Positions 1 to 11,913 of a stretch of DNA of 64,000 nucleotides are shown piece by piece; the first letter of the stretch is position 1; the number at the start of each line of letters is the position of its first letter. Below the pieces are notes generated by a model. That model searched no databases. It saw only the letters and a program-made list of their open reading frames with translations, and had not been told where the DNA came from. The translations under genes and the position numbers were made by a program. The DNA is from Heptranchias perlo (lineage: Eukaryota), in NCBI RefSeq assembly GCF_035084215.1, contig NC_090330.1:12710001-12774000 (forward strand), given 5' to 3'.

Positions 1-1100
1 CTCTTATTCACTTTTTTAGATCTCCTCTGTACTTTCTGTATTCAGCTTGGTTCTCTACTGTATTATGAACCTTATATTCGCCATAAGCCTCCTTTTTTTA
101 GATCATTTTAATTTCTATATCTTTAGTCATCTAGAGAGCTCTAGCTTTGGATGCTCTTCATTTCGCCCACGTAGGAATGTGTCTACTCTGTACCCGAACC
201 AACTCCTCCTTGAAGGCCTCCCATTACTTAGTTATTGTTTTGCCTACCAATTTTTGATTCCAATCCATCTGGGCTAGATCCCTTTTTAACTCACTGAAAT
301 TAGCTCTCCTCCAGTTAAGTATTTTCACATTTGATTATTTTCCATAACTGTTCTAAACCCTAATGATATTATGATCACTGTTCCCCAAATGCCCACCCAC
401 TGAAACATGCTCCACCTGCCCCACTTCATTCCCCAGAACTAGATCCAGCACTATTTCCTTCCTCGTTGGGTTGGAAACACACTGTTCCAGAAAGTTCTCT
501 TGTATATATTTTAGGAATTCCTCCCCCTCTTTGCCCTTTACATTGTCACTGTCCCAGTCTATATTGGGAAAATTGAAGTCCCCCATTATCACCACTCTAT
601 AGTTCTTGATCTTTCTGTAATTTGCCTGCAAATTTGCTCCTCCCCACTCTTTGCTGGCCTATAGTACACACCCAGTAGCATAATAGCCACTCTATTGTTC
701 CTTAATTCTAACCAACTAATTTCTGCTTTTGATTCCTCAACTATTTCATTCTTTTCCAGTGCTATAATAGTTTCTTTGATCAATACTGCCACCTCCCCTT
801 TTTCCTTCCCTATCTTTCCTGAATACCTTTCGCTCGGAATATTATGTACCCAATCCTCCCCTTCTTTGAGCCCGGTCTCTGTGATATCATAGTCCCATTT
901 GGCAACTTGTGCCTGCAGCTCACCAAACTTATTTACGCACATGCATTCCAAACTCATCTTAGTCTGCTTCGCATTTGCCCCCTGTCTGATCCCTCCTATT
1001 TCTGAACTCTTCTTTAACCTAGTGTTATTTGTCTCTCCCAGTCCTCTGTGCACCTTGTTTCTCCTCTCTAATGTTTCATCCTGGTGCCCATCCTTTTGTC
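1..1100 (-). mobile_element. CR1-type LINE fragment (ORF2 AP-endonuclease region), degenerate
   Basis: Minus-strand ORFs 353-631 and 589-1053 contain LLGVYYRP, VVIMGDFNFPNIDW, LDLVLGNE and GNSDHNII, typical of the CR1 endonuclease; frameshifted. Confidence 0.85.
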
Positions 1101-1369
1101 AGTTCCATTCAACAGCTTGCGTGCAATCAACGGAGCGACATATTTCTGAGTATTTTAAAAAGTGTCGTTATTGGCAATGATCACATCAGTAGTTCAGGAA
1201 ACATGCTAAAGCAATTTGAACTGTGCTTGTTTTGCCTTTTTTTTTACCATTTATGGACAGAAGTCAGAACCCTGTGTCTTCAGGATGTGAGGGTAGTGTT
1301 TATTTCTGGTGCAATGAGGAAAAAGCAGGTTTTCGAACTCTGACTGCGATCCCACTCACAGCTGAAACA

Positions 1370-1415
1370 ATGCAATCCTGCAAAATCTGTCTGCACCTCC
1401 AACTCCTCAGCTTGG
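1370..1415 (+). CDS. IgSF receptor exon 1, signal peptide (MQSCKICLHLQLLSL)
   Basis: ATG at 1370 with A at -3. Strong phase-1 donor G|gtgagt at 1416 joins in frame to 9818, giving MQSCKICLHLQLLSLALFAFVELAVG-DEQEE. Confidence 0.75.
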
Positions 1416-1779
1416 GTGAGTATCACTGCTGGCAGCATCTCAGAACAGAATGATTGAGAGTGCAGTTTACTGCGGACAACTAGGAACTTCCCTTAGTAGA
1501 GTGGCATTGATTCTTTCAAGAGACTACACCATTGTGCTGCTGTGGTAGACCAGCATCATTATTCGTGTAGTTTTTCAATTCTCCCAAGCAGTCATCTGAA
1601 AAACAGCATCAGATATGATAGACTTCTTCGTCTCTGCAATGGAAACATTCTTAAACAGGAAGGAAAGCTAAAGTAACTAATTTACAATTACTTGACAAAG
1701 AGAACTTAACCAGTGAGCTTGGCAGAATTTTTAGCATCTTTCAGCAAAACCATCTTCAGAAAATTTCAGTTTTTTTAAT

Positions 1780-2140
1780 TGAAAATTATGAGGGGTTTTA
1801 ATAGGGTTGACAGGGAGAAACTGTTTCCACTGGGTTGGTAGGAGGGTTGGTAACCAGAGGACACAGATTTAAGATAAATGGCAAGAAAGCCAGGGGGAGA
1901 TGAGGAGAAATTTTTTTACTCAGCGAGTTGTTAAGATCTGGAATGCATTGCCTGAAAGGGTAGTGAAAGCAGATTCAATAGTAACTTTCAAAAGGGAATT
2001 GGATATATACTTAAAAAGGAAAAGTTTGCAGGCCTATGGGGGAAAAAGCAGGGGAGTGAGACTAATTGGTATCTCTTTCAGCGAGCCAGCACAGACACGA
2101 CGGGCCGATTGGCCTCCTTCTGTGCTGTATGATTCTATGA
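1780..2140 (+). mobile_element. CR1 LINE 3' end
   Basis: RRNFFTQRVVKIWNALPERVV C-terminal ORF2 motif, CR1 3' UTR and tatgattctatga tail. Confidence 0.85.
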
Positions 2141-3644
2141 AGACCCAAGTGAAAAGCCAAAGCAGGAGACAACAAAGGTTGAAAAGGAGAGGATAGAAGA
2201 TATGGTAAATCAAAAATTAATGTAGGTGACATCAAGACTTGGTTTTAAAAACTTGTAGGGAAAAGTATAAAGTGGAGGTACTGAGTAGTCACCTATTAAT
2301 ACTCTTACAATGCTGTTATATAGTACAGTAGAAAGTGCAGTATTGTATCAGCAAGATAATTAACATAATATAGCAAATGTGGGTTTTATTCTTTCCAGTT
2401 ATAGACACCTAATTTTTTGAGATCATGGGGCGATATGCATCGTATTTCAGCTTCCAATCTTAAATAATTTGTACAAGTTTTCATTTGAATATGGAAATGT
2501 ACATCATACATTAGTATTTATTTTTGAGAAAGCCAAGTTATTATTTGAAACAAGTTCATTCAATTTTATAGTTTTATCATTTGGCTATTTCATATAGAGA
2601 AAAGCTAAGTAAATCTACACTCAATATAATTAAAAGAAAAGTCAATAAATAATATCTTAATATTTTAGTCCTTGGATGTTCTTAAACATTTCTTACATAA
2701 GGTGTAGTTAGAATTTAGTTCTCTCTCTATATATATAAAAAAGCTAGACTTAGGCCTTTTAAATGAGAATTATATGAAGAATTCCTCTTTCTCATTGTGA
2801 GGAAATGCATTAGTGTTAGGCAAAATTAGATTGTATTGTACAAGGGATTAAGGCATTTGGCATGTTGCCTTTCCCTCAGGTGAGTTACTGTCATTGCTAT
2901 GTTTAGAACTTATCTTATATTTACCGTAAATTTATCACATCAAGTTGTCAGAATTAAGCTTTTGTTAAATCTTCTAGAGTGTTCTTTGGAGGGTGGGGCT
3001 GAGTACATTATTAGTGCAGATTAGAGGGAGCTTTACCTGACCTGGGAGTGCCTGACACTGGTTGCCTGAAATTGGAAGAGTTACGTGCCTCAGCACTCTA
3101 AAATTCTGCATTCTAAAACAATCATCCATCGAATATTTTAGGTCTTGAAATTACACTGTGCGAATATTAAACTCTTAATGTGTTTGTATGCAATTTTCCT
3201 TGTCCACTATTTTAAATAGGTTAATTTATCTGTTAGAATGGCAGACAAAGGAATTGGAAATGAACTTTGGAAACATAATCTTATTTTGTCTGATGGTGCA
3301 TTTCTTTACATTGAGGAAATAAAATATCTAAGACCTCTTTGTAAAGGGTTTTACATAACATTTATTTTCCAACTCACTCAATCCCTAATGGAGAATTTTA
3401 GTTTACAATCAACATCCAACAATTTAAATCTATCTTTGGTTGGGGAAGTTAAGCAGGGTCTCTTTGTAGTGAAACTGGCTTCTAGACGACATCACTAGCA
3501 ATGGACAGATTCGGTAATCAAATACCTGAACCAGACAGGTCTGCAGTACTCCAGGCGTGTTGATGATTGACTAACTAGTCTGGCTCGTTAATAGAGCATA
3601 AAAGACTTGGCCTGTCTCTGGGAGCTGGAAATGTTCTCACATTT

Positions 3645-3760
3645 CCAGATAATCCTTTAAGCGAATGCCTGAGAAGGGTGGGGTGACTCTGGCTGGACAA
3701 GCACGATTGTATTTACTTGTGGTCCATGCAGATAAGCTATGCAGTTTTAGCTGGATAAAT
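3645..3760 (+). promoter_or_regulatory. Candidate intronic haematopoietic enhancer (GATA/RUNX/CACCC cluster)
   Basis: AGATAA 3647-3652, GGGTGGGGTG 3676-3685, TGTGGT 3718-3723 and AGATAAG 3730-3736 in apparently non-repeat DNA; motif evidence only. Confidence 0.3.
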
Positions 3761-5238
3761 GCCAGCAGTAACTAATTCTTGGCTTTTGTCAACCTGTATC
3801 TAAACTCCGGATTTAGGTATGCGGGGTGTCTTGACGGGAAGAGAGTGTTTACTCTATATCAGTCAAACAGAAACTCTGTGTAGATTTCTCAGCAGTTTGT
3901 TTTGGAGATTCTTAATGATTAGTTTCTGCGTTTGTCAGACACCTGGTTGACCGAAAAAAAATCTAATTGAACTTGCATTTTTTAAGTTCTCTTTTTGTTT
4001 CCCTCCAATTTTCTTCCCTCCTCTCTTGAAGATATTGACTCATGCTAGGGTACAGTTTCATAGGTGCCCGTTATCCTCTGTTAAAACACCAATGTCATTC
4101 TTCATTCTTATGAATATAGATATTAGCCTAGCAATTCGGCCGCCCAGCACTCGTTTCTCGGGAGCTAAATGGCGGACTACGCTCACAATAAGGTGGGCAG
4201 GAAGCGGGTGCATATTGCTGGCTGGAAGCGCACCACCTCCCACATCGGTTGCGCTGGGGTCAGAAGCGCATATTGGCAACATTTAAAAGGGGAAGTCATT
4301 TGTTTCAATTAGGGTCCTGCGCTTCTTGCAGAATCCGTTCTCGATTTTCGAACGCCCCAGTGCCTTCACCCACCCATGTGCTGAACTCACTCAGCGCAAC
4401 GTAGCACTAACAGGCAGGCAGGCCCCCATACTTACCAGAGTGATCCTCCCGACCCCACGTTAAAAGAACACAGGTGGCTCCCCCACCCCGGCTACCAATC
4501 CCCCCAACCCCGCTACCAAAAATTGGGCATGTCCGACTTTCTAGGCCAGTGAGTGTCAATAGACTATTCACCATTTAGAGCATCAAAATTGGGCCCAATC
4601 CTGTCGTCACTTGACCACCACACTCATCTACTTTCCATGAGAGTCAATGGTACTGATCAAAAGCAGGAACACTGGCTGATATTTTCCCCACTCTAATTTA
4701 GGGTCTGCTGGGGCTAATTGTGAACACCCATACTGCTATTCCAGTTGAGGTCAGCACAAATTGGAGATAAAACTTGGGCCATTAGCTTTAGGATTTAAAA
4801 TTAATTGTTCTGTATGATAGTCCTGGACTTACTTGAACAACATATTTTTACAAGAAGTGTGAACTGCAAGTTGCTTGCTTAGCTGGCACATGATGACACA
4901 TATGTGGATATGGTAACATCATGCCATTCAGTGCTGCACAATCATTGCCACGGGAAAAAAAATTACCAATCAAACGCATTAGGTCAGCCACTACAGTCCA
5001 CTGCAAAATCTTATCTGCAATGGGTACATTACTAAATATTATGGGCTGCAGAAGTTATTAATGAATAGTCATTCATTGGCTGTGGGATCTTGCTGTGTGC
5101 AAATTGGCTGCTGCATTTGTCTATATAACAATAAGGGTAATCAAAAGTAATTCATCAGTTGTAAAGTACTTTGGGATGTCCTGAGAATGTGAAAGGTATT
5201 ATATAAATGCGAGTTATTTCTTTTTCATCGACACCATT

Positions 5239-5581
5239 ATGGATACTAAGGAGCTTTTTCCCTTCGTTGAGGGTACTATAACAAGGGGACATAGATTCAA
5301 GGTAAAAGGCGGGAGGTTTAGAGGGGATTTGAGAAAGAACTTTTTCACCCAGAGGGTGGTTGGAGTCTGGAACTCACTGCCTGAAAGGGTTGTGGAGGCA
5401 GGAACCCTCACAACATTCAAGAAGCATTTGGATGAGCACTTGAAATGCCATAGCATACAAGGCTACGGACCAAATGCTGGAATATGGGATTAGAGTAGAC
5501 AGGGCTGATGGCCGGCGCGGACACGATGGGCCGAAGGGCCTCTATCCGTGCTGTATAACTCTATGACTCTATGACTCTATG
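5239..5581 (+). mobile_element. Young 5'-truncated CR1 LINE with (ctctatga)n tail and ACCATT target-site duplication
   Basis: ORF 5239-5493 (RGHRFKVKGGRFRGDLRKNFFTQRVV); three tail repeats; ACCATT at 5233-5238 and 5582-5587. Confidence 0.9.
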
Positions 5582-5582
5582 A

Positions 5583-6017
5583 CCATTGGCTCAGTGGGAG
5601 CACTCTTGCCTCTGCGTCAGAAACTTGTGGACTTAAGCACATAATTGACACTTTTGTGGAGTACTGAGGGACTGCTGCACCATCGAAGGTGCTGTCTTTC
5701 GGATGGGACATTAAAACGAGGCTCTGTCTGCTGTCTCAGGTGGACGTTAAAGATCCCAAGGCACTATTCAAAGAAGAGCAGGGGAGTTCTCCTGGTATCC
5801 TGGTCAATATTTATCCTCAACCAACATCACCAAAAAAAATTATTATCTGATCATTATCTCATTGCTGTTTGTGGGAACTTGCTGTGTGCAAATTGGTTCC
5901 TGTGTTTTGCTACATTACAACAGTGACTACACTTAAAAAGTACTTAATTGGCTGTACAGTGCTTTGGGACGTGCTGAGGTCATGAAAGGTGCTTTATAAA
6001 TGCATGTTATTTCTTTC
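5583..6017 (+). mobile_element. tRNA-derived Deu-domain SINE (SacSINE1-like)
   Basis: tRNA-like head (tggctcagtgg), Deu-like core (ggtgctgtctttcggatgggacattaaaacgagg...aagatcccaaggcactattc) and a tail ending aaaggtgctttataaatgca resembling the L2 3' ends in this window. Confidence 0.7.
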
Positions 6018-6664
6018 TTACACACTGCAGTCTTTTATACTAATGTAGTAAAAGAAAAAGCCAATGGAATTGACAAACTCATTTATTCTTACAGACATCA
6101 AATTAATATTACTGAGTATAAGTGTGGAATGGTTGGAATTTCCTTTCTCAAAGCTTTGAAAAACAAAGTGTAATTTTTTTTTAATTGACTGAATTCCAGT
6201 AAATTTCCAGATGGTTGGCATCACTAGGCTGCACACAAATTCAAGCTGTGACAAGGAAACATTATTCTGTGTCTTAAATTGCTCATGGGTGGCCAAGAAA
6301 GAAGATTTTTTTTCTTAATGTGACCCTAGCAGTGCATTTACCCACTGGGCTATTAAGGGTGTCCATACTTCGGAATTTTGTAAACTTTTCAGGCAACAAT
6401 TTTACTGTATTCTCGTGTGCACTGGCGTTATTTATAAAATCATATTGTGACAATACACGTAAACAATTGATTAGAAACAAATTATTGATATTAATGAACG
6501 CTTTCATCATCTTAAATTGTTCTTTCTGTCAACTTGTTGCAAATACCAGGATCCCATTCTGTATACGAAGTAATGAATAACTTGTCATAAGACTGGAAAA
6601 CTTATGTTGTAACGCCCTGGATCCCAGTGCCTGCCATGTGATATTGTGTCATGATAATTTATTA

Positions 6665-6769
6665 AAATAAAAACAGCAAATACTGGAAACGCTCAGCAGG
6701 TCAGGAGAGAGAGATGTGTGGAGAGAGAAACAGAGTTAACGTTTCAGGTCCGTGACCTTTCATCAGAAC
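6665..6769 (-). mobile_element. Penelope-type terminal repeat fragment with minimal hammerhead motif
   Basis: Reverse complement reads gtt-CTGATGA-aaggtc-acg-gacct-GAAAC-GTT-aac; same family as 10774, 35700 and 36030. Confidence 0.65.
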
Positions 6770-6879
6770 ACATGATATTTTATTATGTTGCTTGTGCCAT
6801 GTTATTTGCTTACATGTGTCTCGTAGGCTAGCCAGTTCCTATTAATACTGTCAATATGATTACTAAAATAAAGACAGCT

Positions 6880-7030
6880 GGGGTGAAATTCTACTTTTGC
6901 AAACTGGGTGGTAGTGGATCGGCTGCCTGTTATACACCCAGCCTGATAAGAAAATTGGGCGTTGTGTATAACTGGCGGCCGATTTGCTACCGCCCATTTT
7001 GTGCCCCTGCTGAAGTTGAATTTTACCCCC
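6880..7030. mobile_element. Short palindromic MITE
   Basis: Ends ggggtgaaattc...gaattttacccc; related copies at 14845, 17690 and 29821. Confidence 0.65.
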
Positions 7031-7189
7031 AGCCAGTCAGACAGCATCCAAAAGAAAAAAGATAGTTTAACATTTGGGTGGGGCTTTTTTATCAGAAATA
7101 TTAAACTTATTGTGCCTCTTTGAGATGCTGACTGACTTGCTGTGCACTTTGATGTTATTTCAGAATTTTGACATTCGTTACTTTTCTAA

Positions 7190-7565
7190 TAGGTGACCTA
7201 ATAGAGATCTTTAAAATTATGAAAGGGTTTGATAGGGTTGACGTAGAGAAGATGTTTCCACTTGTGGGGGAGCCCAAAACTAGGGGCCATAAATATAAGA
7301 TAGTCATTAATAAATCCAACAAAGAATTCAGGAGAAACTTCTTTACCCAGAGAGTGGTTAGAAAGTGGAACTTGCTGCCATGTGGAAGTAGTTGAGGCGG
7401 ATAGCGTTTAAGGGGAAGCTAGATAAGTACATGATGGAGAAAGCAATAGAAGGATATGCAGATAAGGTTAGACGTAGTAGGGTGGGAGGAGGCTCGTTTG
7501 GAGCATAACTGGCATGGACCAGTTTGGCCAAATGACCAGTTTCTGTGCTGTAAATTCTTTGTAAT
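7190..7565 (+). mobile_element. CR1 LINE 3' end
   Basis: GDLIEIFKIMKGFDRVDVEKMFPLVGE...RRNFFTQRVV followed by the 3' UTR. Confidence 0.85.
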
Positions 7566-7899
7566 TCTGTTTTCTCTATTGTATTCTAGACTGTATTGTG
7601 GACCGTTATTTTTAAAGCCTGAATTTGTCCAAACCCTTTATCATATAATTGTGTTATATTACTTGAGATATTTCTAGGATCCTCTGACTTAAGAATGACA
7701 CAATACAAAAGAAACTTGGACAGAGCAAAATGATAGAGTTCTGAATCACTGAAAGACCACTCAGATAGTTTGGACCTGTAAGCAGAACGAGTGGTGATTG
7801 ATTTGCAAAGACTGTTTGCATTCTTATGTAAAAGGAACAAGCCTGAGAAGAAGACCTGGAAACCATTGGTTAGACCATAATGTTTGAGGCAAGTAATTC

Positions 7900-8130
7900 A
7901 ACAGCTTGCATTTAACGTAATAAAACATTCCAAGGCGCTTCACAGGAACATTATCAGACAAAATTTGACACCAAGCCACATAAGGAGATATTAAGGCAGG
8001 TGACTAAAAGCTTGGTCAAAGATGTAGGTTTTAAGGAATGTCTTAAAGGAGGAGAGAGAAGTAGAGAGGCTGTGAGGTTTAGGAAGGGAATTCCAAAGCT
8101 TAGCGGCAAGACAGCTGAAGGCATGGCCAC
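7900..8130 (-). mobile_element. L2-type LINE 3' end
   Basis: Reverse complement matches the + strand copy at 41440-42150 (ggaattccct...aaaacct.cctctttga.caagcttttg). Confidence 0.65.
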
Positions 8131-9817
8131 TAATTCAGTTTTACTGAAGCAATGCATCAGCATGTAGCTGAGACATAATGATTAGAAGGTCCCAAATTTC
8201 TTCTGTGTTGTGTAACAAAATTGTAAAGCTGTTTGGAAAGAAAGATTAGCACAGAAATTTCCCCCCAGTATTGGCATCATCATTATTATTCCAGGAAATG
8301 CCAAGACTTAGCAATACGGGGCAATAGTCAACAACTATAAATGGAACGAGCTGAATCTCAACTAGGAAACAGATCTCAGAAACATAGAGATAGGATCATT
8401 AAAATTTTATTAAGTTAATTATTTTCTTTTAAAACTGCTTTTTGTCGTAAAACCTTCAAAAACAGTCGGATCTATTTGTAGGTAAATGTTATGCAAGTGA
8501 ATTCCTAATAAACTAATATTCATCAAATAATTTTCTTCTAGTCTTACACACAGTTGTTGCTTTAGTCTCTCCTTTCCTGAAGGCGGAGGCTGATATTTTC
8601 TTTGCTACCTCTCCCAACATTCTTCATGAGTGAGTCTGAACAGTGAGCACCAGCAAGTTATTTGTTTGTGGGGGCCATCAAAGCCAATCCCAAAACTGTC
8701 TTCATCTGATGCCCCAGTATAAGTATATTCTAACAAAGGTCACTGGATAGCAAATGGAGTGGGAATGCTGGTCCATTTTCCCCATTCCTAGCTACAGACG
8801 CCAAAGCCAACTGTACTGCCCCCTGCTGCCTCAAGTCAACTAACTTAACAAACTATCTCTGTGGGACTGCCCTTGCATGGTTCTATTCTTACCTATCCGA
8901 ATGCAGCCAGTACATCTCCAGCAATGTCTTCTCTTCTCGCTCCTCCACTGAACTCTTTGGAACTCCCTTCCTAAACCTCTCTGCGTCCCTCTCCATCTTC
9001 AAAAACCTTTTCAAAACCCATCTCTTCAACCTAGCTTTCAGTCCCTCCTCCCAATCTCTCCCTTCTAGGGTTGGCGCCCATTTTCCTTATGCCTATGTGT
9101 GAAGTGCCTAGGAATGCTTTTTTCATGCTAAAGGTGTTATATAAATGCAAACTGTTGTTGTTAACACAGAACCTGGGATTCATCATTGTTTGTCTGCTCA
9201 CGACAAATCTCCTGTTTCCAAAATGAACAACTGGCTACCAATATTGCAAATGTTATAGTTCTGATTAGTTCCCCAATAGCACGGTGTAGAAACGAGCCAT
9301 AGAGACAAGGAAAGTCCCAGGTTTAATCCCTGATCAGTGCTGTGGTGACAGTACAGGTGTTACTATTATCCTCAGTACCCTTAGACTGCAGATACACACA
9401 GTCTAGTTTTTCTTATTCCTCATAAGCTCCACATATGCCATTGTACACACTGTTCCTTCTCCTTGAATCCTTGCTATGTTGAAACCAAGTCTCATTTCAC
9501 AGTCTCTTACACTAACTTGTTCTTTGCAGCACCTCAGAACTGCAGACTGTCTTACCTCCCTCAACTTCAGTCTTTTCTTCCTCCTACATTCTTCAGACTT
9601 TTCAAAAACAAGATTGATATCATCCAGTCACCACTTCTTGAATTACTTTATCTCCTCTTCTACTCTTTTCAAAGTTGATGGTGTCCTACACTGTGGACCG
9701 TAGCTATTCATGTAGGTTTCTCAATAAAAAAAATTCCTAAAGTTAATGGTAATTAATGAATTTTTAAGTAACATTGATACTGAAATTATGTTACATAATC
9801 TTGTGTTACTATTTTAG

Positions 9818-10192
9818 CTCTGTTTGCCTTCGTTGAACTGGCTGTTGGAGATGAACAGGAGGAGGTGTCACTGACCATTGGAAATGTTGCTCCACTTAGC
9901 TGCTTAATCCCAGGGCAACTTTCGTATGACCGTCCTGTGAGCTGGTACTGGACACCACTATATCCAGAATGCAGCGGTTCCAATGGTGGCAAGATTCTGG
10001 ACATTTATCCTGATGGGCGAACAATATTCGAAGAAGAGTTCACAGGGCGAGTGATTGTACACCGATCAAAAGTTAAAAAGGGTGACTATTCAATCACTCT
10101 AAGGGGAATAAAGATACCTGATTCAGGAGTGTTCATCTGCACCCATGAAGACCTTTCTGAAGAGAAGAAAGTGAGGCTAATAGTGAAACCAG
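9818..10192 (+). CDS. IgSF receptor exon 2: end of signal peptide plus V-set Ig domain with G6b (MPIG6B)-like signature
   Basis: Acceptor attttag|, phase-1 donor G|gtatgt. B-strand Cys (LSC), C-strand WYWTPLYPEC, FTGRV, GDYSITL and DSGVFIC. Confidence 0.9.
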
Positions 10193-10773
10193 GTATGTGA
10201 AAGTAAACTACAGGCTGAGCAGATTTTCACATATATGAATTAAATTGTTTTCCAATTTTCTCCGTTCCTTCCCTGTAACCAATAATTCTTGCTGGAGTAT
10301 ATTTCCATGAGTGCCAGCAGGCTGCAAAAATCTGGCCCAGGTAGGCCATTCTTCATGCATAAGCCAAGACAGTGAGTGTGAATTGGCAAATTTCCAGCAG
10401 AGGGCATTGTAGTTAATTCTTTCATTGTCAATGACCATAATCTGCATTTTCCAGCAGATGATCTGCCCCGTGGGTCAAGGACTTTCACTTAGCTTTCTCA
10501 ACTACTAAAAAAGTCAGGGAGGGAAATAAGTTCAGCTGCCAATTGACCCTAATTCTCTTCGAACGAATTGAAAAAGAGTAAACTGGGTGTCAGTTTAGTC
10601 CTCACTGCCTTCCCCAAGCCTCTTTAGCTATGACGATCAATACTTAAAACAAGAGGGAAATAGCAGAGCTGTTTTTTCAAAAGAAACCAAATTATTAAAG
10701 TGAATTTTGTGCTTTCAGAGTGAGGTCTATCAGTACCGGGAATGGAAATTTTCTAATTTTTGCAGTATGAAAT

Positions 10774-10876
10774 AGTTCTGACGAGGGGTCATCAACCTGA
10801 AACGTTAACTCTGTTCCTTTCTCCACAGATGCTGACTGTCTTGCTGAGTATTTCCAGCATTTTCTGTTTTTATTTG
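10774..10876 (+). mobile_element. Penelope-type terminal repeat fragment with minimal hammerhead motif
   Basis: agtt-CTGACGA-ggggtc-atc-aacct-GAAAC-GTT-aact followed by ...ccacagatgctg...ccagcattttctgtttttattt. Confidence 0.65.
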
Positions 10877-10995
10877 AAATAATTCCTGGTTAGGCATGTC
10901 ACAGATCATTTGCAAGGTAGAGTTTCCATTTATCCAATGGAACATAGGAACAGGAGTAAGCTATTCAGCACCTCGAGCCTATTCCACATTCAATT

Positions 10996-11122
10996 ATGAT
11001 GTGGAGATGCCGGTGATGGACTGGGGTTGACAATTGTAAACAATTTTACAACACCAAGTTATAGTCCAACAAATTTATTTTTAATTCCACAAGCTTTCGG
11101 AGGCTTCCTCCTTCGTCAGGTG
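10996..11122 (-). mobile_element. Second Penelope-type end with minimal hammerhead motif, inserted in a minus-strand CR1 3' end
   Basis: Reverse complement reads cac-CTGACGA-a-ggagg-aag-cctcc-GAAAG-CTT-gtg, followed by aataaa. Confidence 0.65.
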
Positions 11123-11441
11123 AAATCTATCTCAGTTTTGAATTTTTCAATTGACTTAGCCTCAACAGCTTTTTGAGGGAGCTTTCCAGATTTCCACTCC
11201 ACTTTGTGTGAAGAAGTGCTTTAACAACGTGGCTTAACTCCAGCAGTGGAAGAGCACCACTTTTATTTTGTAATAGATATGTAAATATTTAAGTGCATAC
11301 CCCAGTAAAGTACCGCATAGGAACTTACTTTACAAAGTAGAAAGGAATGGGTTGGAGGGAAGCTTTTGAAGTGGATATCTAACTGGTTGGGTCAGAAGGT
11401 GCATAGGGTAATTGTTAAGCTTGTATCTACATGGAAAGAGG

Positions 11442-11913
11442 TTTTTTTTTTATTCGTTCACGGGATGTGGGCGTCGCTGGCAAGGCCGGCATTTATTGCC
11501 CATCCCTAATTGCCCTTGAGAAGGTGGTGGTGAGCCGCCTTCTTGAACCGCTGCAGTCCGTGTGGTGACGGTTCTCCCACAGTGCTGTTAGGAAGGGAGT
11601 TCCAGGATTTTGACCCAGCGACAATGAAGGAACGGCGATATATTTCCAAGTCGGGATGGTGTGTGACTTGGAGGGGAACGTGCAGGTGGTGTTGTTCCCA
11701 TGTGCCTGCTGCTCTTGTCCTTCTAGGTGGTAGAGGTCGCGGGTTTGGGAGGTGCTGTCGAAGAAGCCTTGGTGAGTTGCTGCAGTGCATCCTGTGGATG
11801 GTACACACTGCAGCCACAGTGCGCCAGTGATGAAGGGAGTGAATGTTTAGGGTGGTGGATGGGGTGCCAATCAAGCGGGCTGCTTTATCTTGGATGGTGT
11901 CGAGCTTCTTGAG
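11442..11913 (-). mobile_element. 3' end of a second LINE lineage (CR1/Jockey group, possibly Zenon-like)
   Basis: ORF 11506-11874 (HSLHHWRTVAAVCTIHRMHC...WNSLPNSTV...FKKAAHHHLLKGN) with A-rich tail; same family as 19850-20956. Confidence 0.8.

Noticed and set aside
3759-3816. ATG at 3759 (MPAVTNSWLLST) as the receptor's signal-peptide exon
   Set aside because: It needs a weak donor (cct|gtatct) and otherwise stops at once; the 1370-1415 exon has a far better donor and a more hydrophobic peptide.
7678-7777. Exon-like segment bounded by ctag| and |gtaagc in intron 1
   Set aside because: Stop codons in all three frames.
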